A stretch of DNA of 64,000 nt from Lytechinus pictus. Its lineage: Eukaryota. Positions 22,408-35,313 of this stretch are shown here, one piece after another. The stretch spans positions 36,518,001 through 36,582,000 of the forward strand of contig NC_087246.1 of assembly GCF_037042905.1 (NCBI RefSeq), given 5' to 3'. Made by a program: the position numbers and the translations under genes. How positions within the stretch are numbered: the stretch's first letter is position 1; the number at the start of each line of letters is the position of its first letter. The notes under the pieces are model-generated. The model was not told the DNA's origin, did no database searches, and was given only the letters and a program-made list of their open reading frames with translations.

Positions 22408-22990
22408 AGGAGAATGAAACTCTTGGAGCAAGTTAGCTTTTGTGAAAGCAGAAAAATCAAAGAATAAGATCAACAAAACTTTGAGTAAAATAGGACTAGC
22501 AATAAAAGAGTTATGAGCATTTGAATGTTGAGATCACTAATGCTATGGAGATCCTCCCATTGGCAATGCGACCGAGATCTGTGATGTCACACACGTACAA
22601 CTCTCCCATTCGGACACTGAAAATATACCCCAAAACATCTCTTTTTGCTCATTCTAATCATATGACAAACGATTCATCAATGATATAATGTTGTGAAACC
22701 TCTGTACTTGTCATCTCATAAAGAAAACACCTAACCTTGTGATAGACTCTATAAAAGTGAGAATATAAGTGAAATAAGTACTAAAGTAATGAGGGAGTTG
22801 TACGTGTGTGATATCACAGATCTTGGTCGCATTGCCGATAGGAGGATCTACATGGCACTAGTTATCTCAATATTCAAATGCTCATAACTTTCTTATTATT
22901 CATTCAATCTTCCTCAAACTTTCAACAATATGTTTCTTTGATTTTTCTCTTTGATATGGATTCAGCTAGTTTCAAGGGTTTCATTCTCCT
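22408..22990. mobile_element. Kolobok-type MITE inserted in LINE ORF2
   Basis: TIRs AGGAGAATGAAAC/GTTTCATTCTCCT with TTAA TSD (22404-22407, 22991-22994). Removing it restores QYQSLRICAGALPLT in frame. Confidence 0.88.
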
Positions 22991-25474
22991 TTAAGGATAT
23001 GTGCAGGTGCACTTCCACTTACCTCTTTAGCATCTCTACAAGTAGAAATGGGAGAAACTCCACTAGATCTCAGAAGACAACAGCTAGCTCATAAATTCAA
23101 ACATAGTATAGAACTTCAACCTAAGCATCCTCTTTTCTCAAGCTTACAACCTTGCTGGCAATATCAGTATATGGAAGGTAAGAATTGCAATAAACATTTC
23201 GGGTATCGAACAGCAAATTCGAATAATTACTTATGTATAGAAAAATTTAAACCCATAAATTTTCCCCCTTGGCTACTAACGAAACCAGTTATATCAACGG
23301 AACTGACAAACAAGGTAAGTAAATCAGATAATCCATTATTTTTGCTACAAACAAGCTTAGAAATTATTAATACGAAATGGAATAATCAGCTCCACATTTT
23401 TACTGATGGATCCAAAACACCCAAGGAAAGGCGCAGTTCTGCAGCATTTTGCGTTCCAGCATTCTCTTATCAACAATCAAAGAGATTGTCAGATGGTACT
23501 TCTATTTACAGGACCGAACTGGCAGGTATCATGCTGGCCCTTAATTGGCTACACCAGTTAGATAACATCTATGTAGGTACTGTTATTTTCACAGACTCCT
23601 TAAGTGCTTTACTGGCACTAAAGAATAACAAAGAAGAAAATTTCATTTCGGAAATACTATTAAGTTTGTCCCATCTAAAATTTTAAAATATTGATGTTAG
23701 TTTTGAATGGATCCCCTCCCACTGTGGAATAATGGGTAATGAACGTGCCGATTTTCACGCCAAAGCAGCTCTCAATAAACCCATAGAAATAACAAATCAC
23801 TTATGTACGTCCGAAGTGAATAACATTTTAAAGATAATTTCTTTTAATCAATGGCAGTCCAGATGGCAAAACTCCCCTAATACCCACTATAAAGTAATCC
23901 AAAGGTCGGTCTTACAAACACCGACTTGCTCATTAGAACGAGCAAGAGAAAAGATATTTCGTCGACTCCGATTAGGTCATATAGGACTAAATGAAGATCT
24001 CTGGCGAATGAAAATACACCCAACGGGACAGTGCAATTCATGTCCGGAGAAAGAAACAATTGAACACTACATTGTAAAATGCCCTAAGTATATAATTGAA
24101 AGGTCGATGCTTCTTGTCGAGGCAGACATCGCCGATCCCGAGGAAATCCTTAGGCTCCTGAATTCTTGGGACCCAGGTGTCCAAAATGCACTGGTTCGTT
24201 TCGTTCAAAGAACGAAACGCTTCCAAAAAGAATAATTCGATAGCAGGAAAGTTTTTTTTTTTTTTTTTTATCCGTGAAGGAAAGGGAGAAATATATCTAT
24301 TTGATTAGTATGTAATTATTTATTTGTTCATATAGGTACATATATGTGTATTTGTGTATATATATATATGTGTCATTTATATGAGTATGATGACCACATT
24401 AGACGATGGTTATTGTTCTGTTTGTTTTAGAATAAGATGTATCTCTCTTCCCTCTGGGTTATATTCCTTGTATTCAGTAGAGCTCATTATCATTTTGAAA
24501 AAAAAAAAAAAGAAAAAAAAAAAAGAAGAGAAAAGAGAAAAAACTGAGAAAGACAAAGGAAATAAAGAAAAAATAAAAGGGAAAAGAAAGGAAAAGGAAA
24601 GGAAGGAGGAAAAAAGAAAAGAAAAAAAAAGAAGAAAATGGAAGGAAGAGGAGAAGAAATGAAAGGAAAAAGAATAAAGATGAAGAAATTGAAGAAAAAA
24701 AAATGTATATGCATGTGTGTGTATATACATATATATTTTTTTTACTAACTCGATCATATCCATCTAACTTACAACCTTGATTTAACAATGCACCATTTCA
24801 TTTATAAAAGCCCTCATTTTGGATGCCCCCATAAATTTCGAATAATCCGAACCTCCCCATATCAAATTTTATATTTTCTCTTTACAAAACAAAACAGACA
24901 TACATGTATTTGATTGGTAATTATATGCGAGATCATTTCACGGGAAAAGACTCTTTAACAGTTTATTGCTCTATTTCTTTTCCGAGTTTCAAGACTATAG
25001 AGTATCCCAAAGGGAGCCCCCTGTCTACACCGGAGAGACAGGACGATGTCTGGACGGTGTCGTTAGAAGGGACGGGATCATGCGGTAACCTGTAAGATAC
25101 GATAGCCTTTATAATAATAAAAATTATTATTAAAAAACAAAAAACAAAAACAAACAAAGAAAGGAGAGGAACGATTATAAAGGACACGTCAAAGAAAAGA
25201 AAGAAAATAATAGTTGACCAAACGAGTTGGCGGTAATAGTCAAATATGACTGGTCGCCATTAATTTCCAACAAACAACAACATGTGGGGGGGGGTCAAGG
25301 TTGTCGCACCCCCACACACCCCTTTAGCGACGGCCCTGCATGCAACCCCTCCCACAATTTATAGTCAATAATAATTTCCCCTGTCATCCGTTTAACGCTG
25401 GTACATAATAAACAATAGGCCTATTGGTTTCCCAGCTGCGCTCCGATCAGATTGTGACTTGGATATTCATATCC

Positions 25475-25605
25475 TAGCCTTGAGGACTCCGTGATGATAT
25501 TTTTAAAGTATTTTTACATATATATTTTACATCACTTTTACATCCGTGATGTGTATATGTACAAATACTGTCTTTAAAAATATCAACACGGAGACCTCAA
25601 GGCTA
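25475..25605. mobile_element. Mutator-like MITE (131 bp)
   Basis: TIR TAGCCTTGAGG.../...CCTCAAGGCTA; perfect 9-bp TSD TTCATATCC. Confidence 0.85.
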
Positions 25606-26128
25606 TTCATATCCAGTTTAAAAGCACAAGTCGAATTTTGCATTGACCATTAGGCATATATGAAGAACAGCATAAATTATAAATGAAAAATAAGAAGATT
25701 TGTCATATACTTACTCTTCTCACCCCTTCCACAAGCACGTGCAATACAAGAACTTGATCAGAGTTGAACAGGTCCAGTACATAGGTTATATTTATTCATG
25801 GTTTGTTATTCACCCGAGAATCTATACCCGTGTGTTCTTTCTTCCAGACGCCGTTTCTGAACTATTGGACCGAGCAGGTTCACAATAGCATTTGAACCCG
25901 CCTTATTCATCGATAATGATCAATATGAAACAGACAAACAGAGAGAGCGAGAGAAAACCCTCGATCGCCCGACAGGCAGACGAACTTTGTCACTGTCCAT
26001 ACCGGAAGGGGGCGTGGTCAGGATACAGAATGCGCCACATTCTCAACACACTCCCACTGCACACGGTGTTGGGAATAAAAAAAATGGAGTTACCTCCACG
26101 GTAGTATATATGAGCATTTGTAGATTAA

Positions 26129-26724
26129 AGGACAAGTCCGCCCAACAAAAAGTTGATTTGGATAAACAGAGAGATATCAAACAAGCATGACACTGAAAAG
26201 TTCATCAAAATCGGATGTAAAATAAGAAAGTTATGATATTTTAAAGTTTCGCTTTAATTTCATAGACCAGTTATGCGCATTATGGTTGCTATGCAAATGA
26301 GGAGACTGATGGCGTCATCCACTCACTATTTCTTTTGTATTTTATTACATGAAATATGAAGTATTCTAATTTTCTCCTCATTGTCAAGTGAAACAACAAT
26401 TAATTCCTCCCCGAACATGTGGAATTACCATTAATACTATATGGTTCAGTCAACTTGGTCCTTATTATCAAATCTGTAAAAAATTAAATATTGTATAATT
26501 CAAACAATAAAGAAACAAAAGAAATAGCGAGTGATGGACATCGTCGACTGACTGATTTGCATGACACTGAATTGTGCATATCACTGTTTTGTGAAAATAA
26601 GCGAAACTTTAAAATGCCATAACTTTCTTATTTTACATCCGATTTTGATGAAATTTTCAGCATTATGTGAGTTTGATTTTTCTCTATTTATTCAAATCAA
26701 CATTTTCTGGGGTGGACTTGACCT
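26129..26724. mobile_element. Kolobok-type MITE
   Basis: AGGACAAGTCCGCCC/GGGTGGACTTGACCT termini, TTAA TSD, long internal inverted arms. Confidence 0.85.
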
Positions 26725-27516
26725 TTAAGAGGGTAGCTACATCCCCCCTTTTTTGTAGGGAAGGGGGTTGTAGCTGCTTGAAAATTTGCATATAGGTGCC
26801 ACCGAATATGATTCACATCGTGCCCCCCCCGCAAGAAAATGGATTAACAAAAAAGTAAGTAGAACGATTTAAACCGGCTTCAACTGTTTCTGGACGGTTT
26901 TTGTCGGTTTAAACCGATTTAGAGTGATCTAGGAAGGTATAAAACTGGTTTTGGTCAGTCTTAGCGCCGATCAACAGGTGATGCACCATGTATATCAGTC
27001 TTCACAAAACCTTCACAGAAAGTATTCTTGTGAAAAAACAATTTGATTTAATTTAATATAATTTGTGACCAAACTGTCATCAAGTACACATTTCATTCAC
27101 AATCATATATACAGAACACATGGTAATTGGAGCTTTATCAAAATGGTAATCGAGGTTAGCCTCAAAGTAAATAAGATATGTCACTATCATCATTCAAACA
27201 ATCTAAAATACAATGCATTATTCATATATCATTATCAATTCTGTATTCTTGTGACTATTTCAGATAATTCCCGTCATCTTTTAAAATACCACCGCCCCGT
27301 CTTGCAAAGAGTTGTGATTGATCTAATCAACCCCAACTATGGATATCAGTCAATGCCATCTTCAAACAGGAAATGTAAAGACGTCCTTATGGAAACAAAA
27401 GGCACAATGAATTGCCATGACACTGATGCATGCATGAGTCTACATCATAATTAGCGAATATCTAGAGTTTATATGGTATTCAGAGGTCTTGGGAACATTT
27501 TAAGCATATTAACGAT

Positions 27517-30500
27517 CTATTCTAATTTAGTCTTCTTGCTTTTCACACAACAACTGATACATCGTTTACAACCTAAAATGAGAAGGAAGACGATAACGAG
27601 TGCGATCCCGACGATAAAAGCGAGGACGTCGATGGAATGAAGCTGAATGAAGTTTAGCTCCAAGGCTCTGGTTCTCAGGTGTGACCCTCCAAATTTCAGG
27701 ATGTGTTCCACCCAGAAGATCACAGTCTCTCCTGGCGGATTTTGCCTATCTTTGTAGATATCCGAATACCGTCGTATATTCTTCATGTAGCTGAAGAGGT
27801 AAATGAAAGAAAGCCATCGTTCTGATAAAATTGTTAATGAATTTGATCAAGGTTAAGAAAACGACAATTTTGATTGACCTTGAACAATCATTATATTAGT
27901 GAACAAACGTTGACAATAAACATGATTGAATGTTACAATACAAACAATAATCCATAGACATGATAGAGATTCGCGAGGGATATTAACTCCATTACTTTGG
28001 ATTGAACTTTCAAACTTCCAACTTTTTTTCAAATGTGTAGCCTATGTAGGTGATAATTATATGCGAAAAGTACCATTTCAAGCGATGAGTCAAAACTCCT
28101 TAAATATTAATGTGATTTGGCAGAGTTTTCACAATCATGATAAGCAATTTGTCATTTACCTTGGGTTTTCGAGAACTTCGACTATCGCTTCTTTGACAGT
28201 CACGTACGATATGGAATCCTTTCTTAGCAGTCTCCCCATTCCTTTAGCAGTGACTCTGGCGGCGTTTGCGGGTTGTTCGGCGAAGATTGGCATAACGATC
28301 ATGGGCACTTTGTGACGAATGGCTTCATAAATACCCGCTAGACCGCCATGGTACATCAGCAGCCGAACTTTTGGGTGACCTAATAGAAGGTGAATATTCC
28401 GGATTTTATATTTTGTGACCTTTTGTTTTCATTGTCATGATGTATTTTCTGTTATTATATTTGATTCACAATCGGACGATGGTACACGTTTATAAGTGTC
28501 GGAAAGAGAATGCGGCAGTTTGAAACAAAATCTGGACTGTGATAAAATCGGATTCTCGATCGATCTGTAAGCTTCTACAATTTCAACTCAAAACTACATC
28601 TATCACCAGACAGAAAACAGAAAAACTTGACAGAATACCTGTTATTTTCCAATCATAATGTTTTTTAATTCTAACTTTCTTCATAAAAGCTAAGTTGCAT
28701 AATATCGTTTAAATATAATAAAAATTTATATCGCGCACATACTGTATATTCTACTGCAGATAATACTTGGTATTACCCCAGCATTCAATGATTAAATCCA
28801 GCCGGGTACCCATTCACCAGCTGCATCGAACGCAGCAAATGTGGATATATATATTGCTGAAGGAAATTAATGCCTGAAATAGAATTCGAACCCATGACCC
28901 TCTTATTCAAAGGCTAGAGTCAGGACCACTACACCATTACACTTTGAGACATGAAAATGTGATGATTTCGTCAATTTGTTATTTTCTAATGGTAGTTTGA
29001 ATCCAATTATATATACCCAGTAGGTCGTTCTGTGGCATCCATGTCACAATCATGGTGTTGTTACCAAGGTTACGCGGGCGTGGTCCGGTATAACGCCAGA
29101 TGACTCTCTGTGGAAGCTCACTGAAAACTCTTGCAAAAACTTCCGCCGTTTCTTGTCTCGGGAACTCACTGAAATGCGTACCCTGCACGTGTTTTAAAAA
29201 GAAATCCGTAAAATATCGCAGTCTCTTGGCTTTATTGACATTTGCAATGACTTGTTTATTTTGCTAGTTACATATTTTATTAAAGCCTTGTCCTTCGTGT
29301 GCCATTGTCGCAGCACATATTTCAAATTCGATATTACAATGCATGGGACAAATTGTGAAGGAAATTGAAAAAAGTCTCTGTATCAGCTTTGTTAGGCCAT
29401 TTTTCCCAAGTGAGTAAGATAGGGATGATCACAGTGGCTGTATATCAACAGAAACGACGAATGCTTGCGAACGTGGCGAATTTTAGATTTCACTGTGGTT
29501 CTAAAAATTTGTAAAATGTTGGGGAAAAGTTCATAATTCCGTTCTCGCAAGCAGTTGTTTTGAAAATTCGTCGGAAAGAAATTTTTGACAATCTCTTTCT
29601 CCGCATATGGTTACTAACGTTTGCAGTCCTAAGCCTTTGAACACGTGCAACCACGTGACCATGCGGCCCCTCTACAATATCCACCCATTGTCACAATGTC
29701 ATGAATGTTCAAAAGTGTTTGTAACATTCGTCAGATTGGGTGGACGAAGCCAAACATTACTGCAGTTTTCAGGATTCGTTACTCTGGGCGATACATCCTC
29801 TATCTGCTCGGTGGCGATATGGTTGGTTAAAGATCGACGAGTCATAGGCGTATACGTATGCCCTGATTTTAAACATGACTAGCTTTGATAATAATATTTG
29901 AGATATTTTTAATCAATTATCTGAAAGCTTGGCTATACTACTCACCAATGAGAAGAGGATGAAGCCATGCTCCCCCGACCCTTCTACAAAGTCTGCATAT
30001 TGCTATGATTAGAGATAAAAGGAATAAGGAAGGGTAGTAGAAAACCAAAAATAAGGAATGAGACGGAAAAGAAAACTAGAAATTCAAAGAATGCACTGGA
30101 TCGTTTAATTATGATATACCTTTATATTGAAGGAAATTTGATTCGTTGGGTTACATTAGCGAAAGTAGGGAGTTTTCACACCGGTACGCAGAACGCTTTT
30201 AAGAACATAGAAAATTTATTGTCAATTGCCCTTCCGATGACAAATATTTGCAATTTTTCGTCAGCTCCGAAACTAAGGATGAAACTGAAGTTCCGGTTCA
30301 CAAAGGACCCCAGCTGTTCGTTGTTATTTGACGAGAATTTTCATTAAATTTTCTTTAATCTTGAAAACATTCTAAGTGGCAGTGCGAAAATTTCCTAATA
30401 TAATTCCACCGCGACCTCTTATATAGGGGTACAATGAGAATACTTTTAACCTATACGTGCATGCATGTGGGGTGCTTAGGTCTAGGAGATGTTAGGAAAC

Positions 30501-31852
30501 CTAATTCACAAGGTGTTTTTTGTTTGTTTTTACTTTGATATGTTTTGAATTATCATATTTCATATGTAATGTGTATTTTTCATATTGATTTTGAGATGTG
30601 ACAAACTGCATTCGTTTTGCTATTTTTGAGGAAATAAATAAAATGGAAAATGTATTGAACGTGTGATCAATATACTGGATATGCCTTTCTTAATGTAAAA
30701 GAGCTCATTTGGTTCATTAAGCACACTCCCCTCGGAGTGAGACGATCTCAGTACTTTTTGAGTGATATTTGCATCTTTTCAGAGTGAATTTTTACATCTT
30801 TTTGGAGTGAAAGTGTCTACAAGATGCACATCTAACCAGATGGAGCTACATACTCTCGACATTCTCTATACATGCTATATAGGGATGTTCAGTTCACTCC
30901 AGTGGGATTGGTCCCTAGTATCACCCGAAATGAAAGTGATTAGGAACTATAATTATATAGGCTTTTGCATTCAAGGAGTTATGTTTACCTTTGGTAGGGG
31001 TTTTAGAGGTACGTCTATTAGACCTCCTAGTCCAACGAAGCTTGGTACAGTTGGTCGGGGAAAATCAAGGGCGTAGCTCGACATGCCGAACCACAGTTCT
31101 GCCGTTGCCTGTAGCTCTTGGATGCTTTTCCCCGGTGCAATCCCATGTTTTTCTTTAACCTCGTTCAAAGCGCGAAAGTGTGGCCATTCAAATATGTGCC
31201 TGACTAGATTGTGCTCGAAAAAATTTGCAACACGCTCTAGAAAGGACATCTTGTCAGTAAATGGAAAGACAAGGTTGAAGGGGACGTAGGATGATGGGCT
31301 GGGGATGCCCAGGGTATGCTCATTAAACAGGGGATATCTTGTCCCGGTTGTTACCGCGATGTGGGGAATCCCTAGGTAACTACTGAGCATGGCTTCACAC
31401 CCATCAAAGGCGTCACCGATGAGGATATCAAATTTAGCCTCCTTGAGCTTTGCAAGTGCCGCAGAGTCCTCGAAGAGACTCTGACAACCGGATCGCATCA
31501 AGTAGAAAACAATTCCGAAGGCTTTGAAGGCTTCCCGAAAATCTGGCTCGAACGCTAGGTTGTTGAAATCCTTTTCAAGTTGTTCGCTTGGTGGTAAGTC
31601 AGGTGGTAACTCGAAGTGATATTGGACGGAGGTGCTGAAGTCATCATCCTTGAATCCTTTAGTTCCGGCGTAAGAGCTGGTTAAAATGGTGATCTCATGG
31701 CCGCGCTGTTGAAGGTGTCTCCCAATGGCGGCCAAACCCAGGGCATGACTGCTGGCCATCGGCATGGTAACAGTTATGATTATCTTGGCACCCATAATCA
31801 AAGGAGTGGTACTGATGATGACGAGTAGAAGTGATACCAGGGTTAACTTCAT
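27517..31852 (-). CDS. UDP-glycosyltransferase (UGT-C), 5 coding exons, about 526 aa
   Basis: Exons 31852-30989 (864), 30002-29946 (57), 29182-29017 (166), 28379-28160 (220) and 27790-27517 (274), GT-AG, 1581 nt in frame. UGT signature ends FAEQ; tail KTKLE*. Confidence 0.95.
28775..28937 (-). mobile_element. tRNA-derived SINE
   Basis: Reverse complement begins ATGGTGTAGTGGTCCTGACTCTAGCC...GGGTCATGGGTTCGAATTC (A and B boxes), followed by a GGTGAATGGGTACCCGGC core. Confidence 0.6.
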
Positions 31853-32155
31853 TGTGTAATGGCATCAGTTTCTTCAGGTTCGATATTTTGGGGTTATATC
31901 TATCTTTTATCTTCTGATTCCTCTCCTTCTGAAAGTGGTAATCGAATAAAAAGAACATTCATAATCTATAAGTAGTAATAATAGCTGGATTGATAAAACG
32001 CTCTTTGCCTGAGGATACAAAGCGCTGCTCTTATTACGTTGGCTTCAGCTTTTCCTCTACTGAACTCGGTCAGGATGTGGAATATATAAGCTCCTCCCTA
32101 TTCTTAAATCGTCACCATTATTTGATCAATGCAAACAACATTTGAAGACATAATA

Positions 32156-32466
32156 GGCATGTATTCTGAAGTCGGGTTTAACTTAAACCCAGGTTTAAAG
32201 TTGTGGTTTAAGTATGGATAGCCAATTGTTACATAAATTACTAACAGTAGAGATATAATATTTCACCTCATTTGGCTCTCAAATCATTCATAATTGTCTA
32301 GGAAGTATAAATAGATGATTGTCTTCACCATCGATGAATCAGGAAAGAGCACAGTAAACTTAAGAAACATACAACTTAATAAAAATTTTGACACTTTTGG
32401 CTTCCCATAATTTTAGCACAGAGTTAGACCACGGTCTAAGTTAAACCTGACTTCAGAAAATGGGCC
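32156..32466. mobile_element. Harbinger-like MITE
   Basis: TTCTGAAGTCGGGTTTAACTTA/TAAGTTAAACCTGACTTCAGAA inverted ends with GGC..GCC termini. Confidence 0.7.
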
Positions 32467-33406
32467 ATAATCTCTTATGTACACTAGACTTACATCGATA
32501 AAGTCTCTGCCTGGTAATTCATATAGGCCTATATTCAAAGGGATGGCATCCCAGAGCCGCTTTGTATCTTTCTAAAAAGGCGCAATAGAAATATAATCTA
32601 TTATTATTACTATGAAATGACACTCGGCGACCCTGCATGAGCCAATCGCTTGATCCCTATGGCTTCCACAGGACTTCCCTTCCATATCAGAGCCGGATCC
32701 AGAGAAGGTGAGAACCAGGTGACCTTTCAAATCCAAGGGCTGCAGACCAAGAGTGCAGGAGCTAGGGTACGTGTTTTTTGCTTTGTCACATTTGGGGAAG
32801 CGATAATCTACACATCTTACATCCTATATTCGAATAGTCCAATGTTTTGGTCAACTAGAGCAAGTTTTAGACAAATCGAACCTCTCTCGAACTGTCAAAG
32901 TTACAACTGTTGTTGCAACTGTAAGACTGTCACAGTCTTTTGACTCTACACCGACACCCGACCGACACCTAATCTATATGGCCCCCGTTGAGCCTTTCCA
33001 ACCTACATCTAGCACATTTCAAACTTTAAAAAAGGCAAAATGTATGCATGTTTGTGAGCAATCTTATTACAGACGATAGTGAATCATTCATAGTGATTAT
33101 GAAATGAAGATGATTATGCGAAAAATTTAACCCAAGAAGTGTCCACAATCATTTCATGTCCATAAAAAACTTGCACGTTCACCCAGGTCGAGTGTCTGAA
33201 CTAGAGACCGATTTATTAATATTTCATGCAATGTTATATGACTTATAAAATTTGCAGGCCCAATGTTCAGTGCCATTGCACAAGTTTTATTTTTCAAAAT
33301 ATCTCTTACCAGCCCATTTCCTTTTGTAATATTAAAGTTCAAGTCTCTAAATAATAATTGTTTTGTGTATCATATTGAGATACTATAGTTGAGTAAGCAT
33401 ACTTAC

Positions 33407-33720
33407 CAATTCTGAAATTGCTGATCTACATGGAGATCCAAGTCATAATTAGCTGAAAGTTGAAGCTAAAGAATTGAGTTCATGGATGCTATACGTGCAT
33501 ATATAGCCACTTAGAAATTGATTGTAGCTTGTACATGTTGTACGTGAGCACACAATGAACTGTTGACCCACTGAGTAACACCGAATGCCAATGATATGCT
33601 TTTTACATTCATGTATGACGTATTCAGGTATGTAATACGACTCGGTTTCCGATAGTTGCGTGTGTGGGGGGGGGGGGGGGGGGGGAGGTTCCAAGAAGGG
33701 GTAGCAAATCGGGCGGAATG
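33407..33720 (-). promoter_or_regulatory. Candidate promoter and non-coding first exon of UGT-C
   Basis: Minus-strand donor TTG|GTAAGT at 33407, TATA-like 33499-33505, DR2 GGGTCA-AC-AGTTCA 33556-33569, TTGCGTG 33656-33662, GC box 33711-33716. Confidence 0.4.
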
Positions 33721-34054
33721 GTGTATGGGCCGGATCGGCAAATGATTTGCTTAATAATGATAGGGCACTCTTGACATAGAAATGAGTAATATTTATCATT
33801 CTCTCGAGACTGAAACAAACAGAACGAAGTCCAAAAATTAGCATGATCAACCACCCTCAAACTTCTATTTTTCACGATAACATTTCACTTTTCAAACAAA
33901 GGCACGTTTGTGTATTTCACCGAGAGGTAGAGAGGGTAGACACAGAGAGAGACGAAGAGAAAGAGGGGGTATGGGCATGGACCCTACCCATGGTATGGGA
34001 GAGAGGGGGGGGGGGGAGAGTAGATACATTCTGCATGTTCTGGTTACCCGTTAA

Positions 34055-34375
34055 AGGTCAAACCCACCCCAGGAAAATGTTCAAGTTTCGCGTGTTTTTT
34101 TTTTTACAAAACCTTTAACATGTACAACTCAGTGACATGCAAATGAGAAGTCGATGACGTCCCTAACTCACTATTTCTTTTGTTTTTTATTGTTTGAATT
34201 ATATAATATTTCATTTCTTTTTTACAGATTTGACAATAAGGATCAACGTGACTGAACCATAGCATTAAAACATAAATGCTAATTCCAAATGTTCAGGGAG
34301 GAATTAATCTTTGTTTCACTTGAAACGGTAAAATTAGAATATTTCATATTTCATATAATGAAATACAAAAAAATA
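34055..34375. mobile_element. Truncated Kolobok-type MITE (family of 26129-26724)
   Basis: TTAA-AGGTCAAACCCACCCCAGGAAAATGTT start and shared internal CTCACTATTTCTTTTG sequence. Confidence 0.65.
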
Positions 34376-35313
34376 CTTATGATTTCAGATTTAATTTCAA
34401 ATAATTCAAACCTTATAAGATTTTTTCAATCACGTAATAACACTTAATGTTTAACCCTTAAGAAAGATATTTTAAAAAATATACGAAGTTGTTAACAATA
34501 CAATCATACTTAATTGCATTTTTCAAGACAATCTAAAGTCAAATTTTGATAAGATACGGTAAGAGTGTGATCGCAGAGATACATAAACTTCAAAGGGTTT
34601 TTATGACTAGATACTTGTCAAATTAAAAGCTTTCGTAAAGATAATGATATAATTCAAATCACCGAAATAATCTTAACACTTTACTCGAGTTCTGAAGAGA
34701 TCGTAGTCAGGTTACAGCTCATCGAATCTCTTATCCTTCAAAGTTAACTAGATTTCTTTCTTTTTGGCGTGTGAGAAAGTTAAAATAATGACTATTTGAC
34801 CATCCGGAAGAAGGTTTGTCTTCACCCTGAGTTGGCACAGATTGTGACAAATTATAAAAAAAAATGCATTGTGGGAAAATGATTGTTGTTCTTAGAACTG
34901 CGCTCAATGTCGAGGCGGTAGTAACTTTGCCATCCTATGGTAACTTCTACCACATCCTTGATTTTGATTGACTGTGGTTGATCAACATTACAATGGTAAT
35001 ACAATTGAATGTCAAAGTTACCATAATAGTAACTTTTATGCAACCGGGCCTTGATGTTAACGTGGCTGTGGCTGTCGATGCGTGGCGCTATGCCAAAAAG
35101 ACGCTTTAGTTTCAACTAAACATTTCTAACAGATACACATTAACCTCACCGGAGTCGTATATGACAAAATGTAGATCAATACCTTGCCAAAGGACATACG
35201 CTGCCTATAGTGCCGTAATGGGATTTGAACCCCGAACTTTGTGATGCAAGGGTCCTGGGAAATATCTACTGGAGCGCAGCACCTCTGCAAGGTAATGTCA
35301 ATTCTTGAAGTTA

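Larger units (their letters stand above)
19051..24235 (+). pseudogene. LINE ORF2 (endonuclease-RT-RNase H), broken by two insertions, a frameshift and a stop
   Basis: EN motifs IIQWNAQG, CVQETW, VGDFNSH, GSDHYPI. RT motifs YRPIAL, LDINKAYD, GLPQGSILSP, LYADD. RNase H motifs IFTDGSK, TELAGI, FTDSLS, WIPSHCGIMGNERAD. Frameshift near 21716; in-frame TAA at 23684-23686. Confidence 0.9.
17570..25280 (+). mobile_element. Near full-length non-LTR retrotransposon, I-clade (Nimb/I-like) with RNase H; inactivated
   Basis: Gag-like ORF1 with three CCHC knuckles. ORF2 has APE-EN, RT (YADD), RNase H and a C-terminal CCHC. About 1 kb of 3' UTR ends in a stem-loop (25228-25259) and a (CAA)n tail. The 5' boundary is approximate and no clear TSD was found. 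Confidence 0.92.

Noticed and set aside
24354-24788. Lys/Glu-rich and Phe-rich ORFs
   Set aside because: Translations of A-rich simple sequence in the LINE 3' UTR.
34692-34730. CTGAAGA...GAA as another hammerhead
   Set aside because: No GAAA box and no convincing stems I or III.
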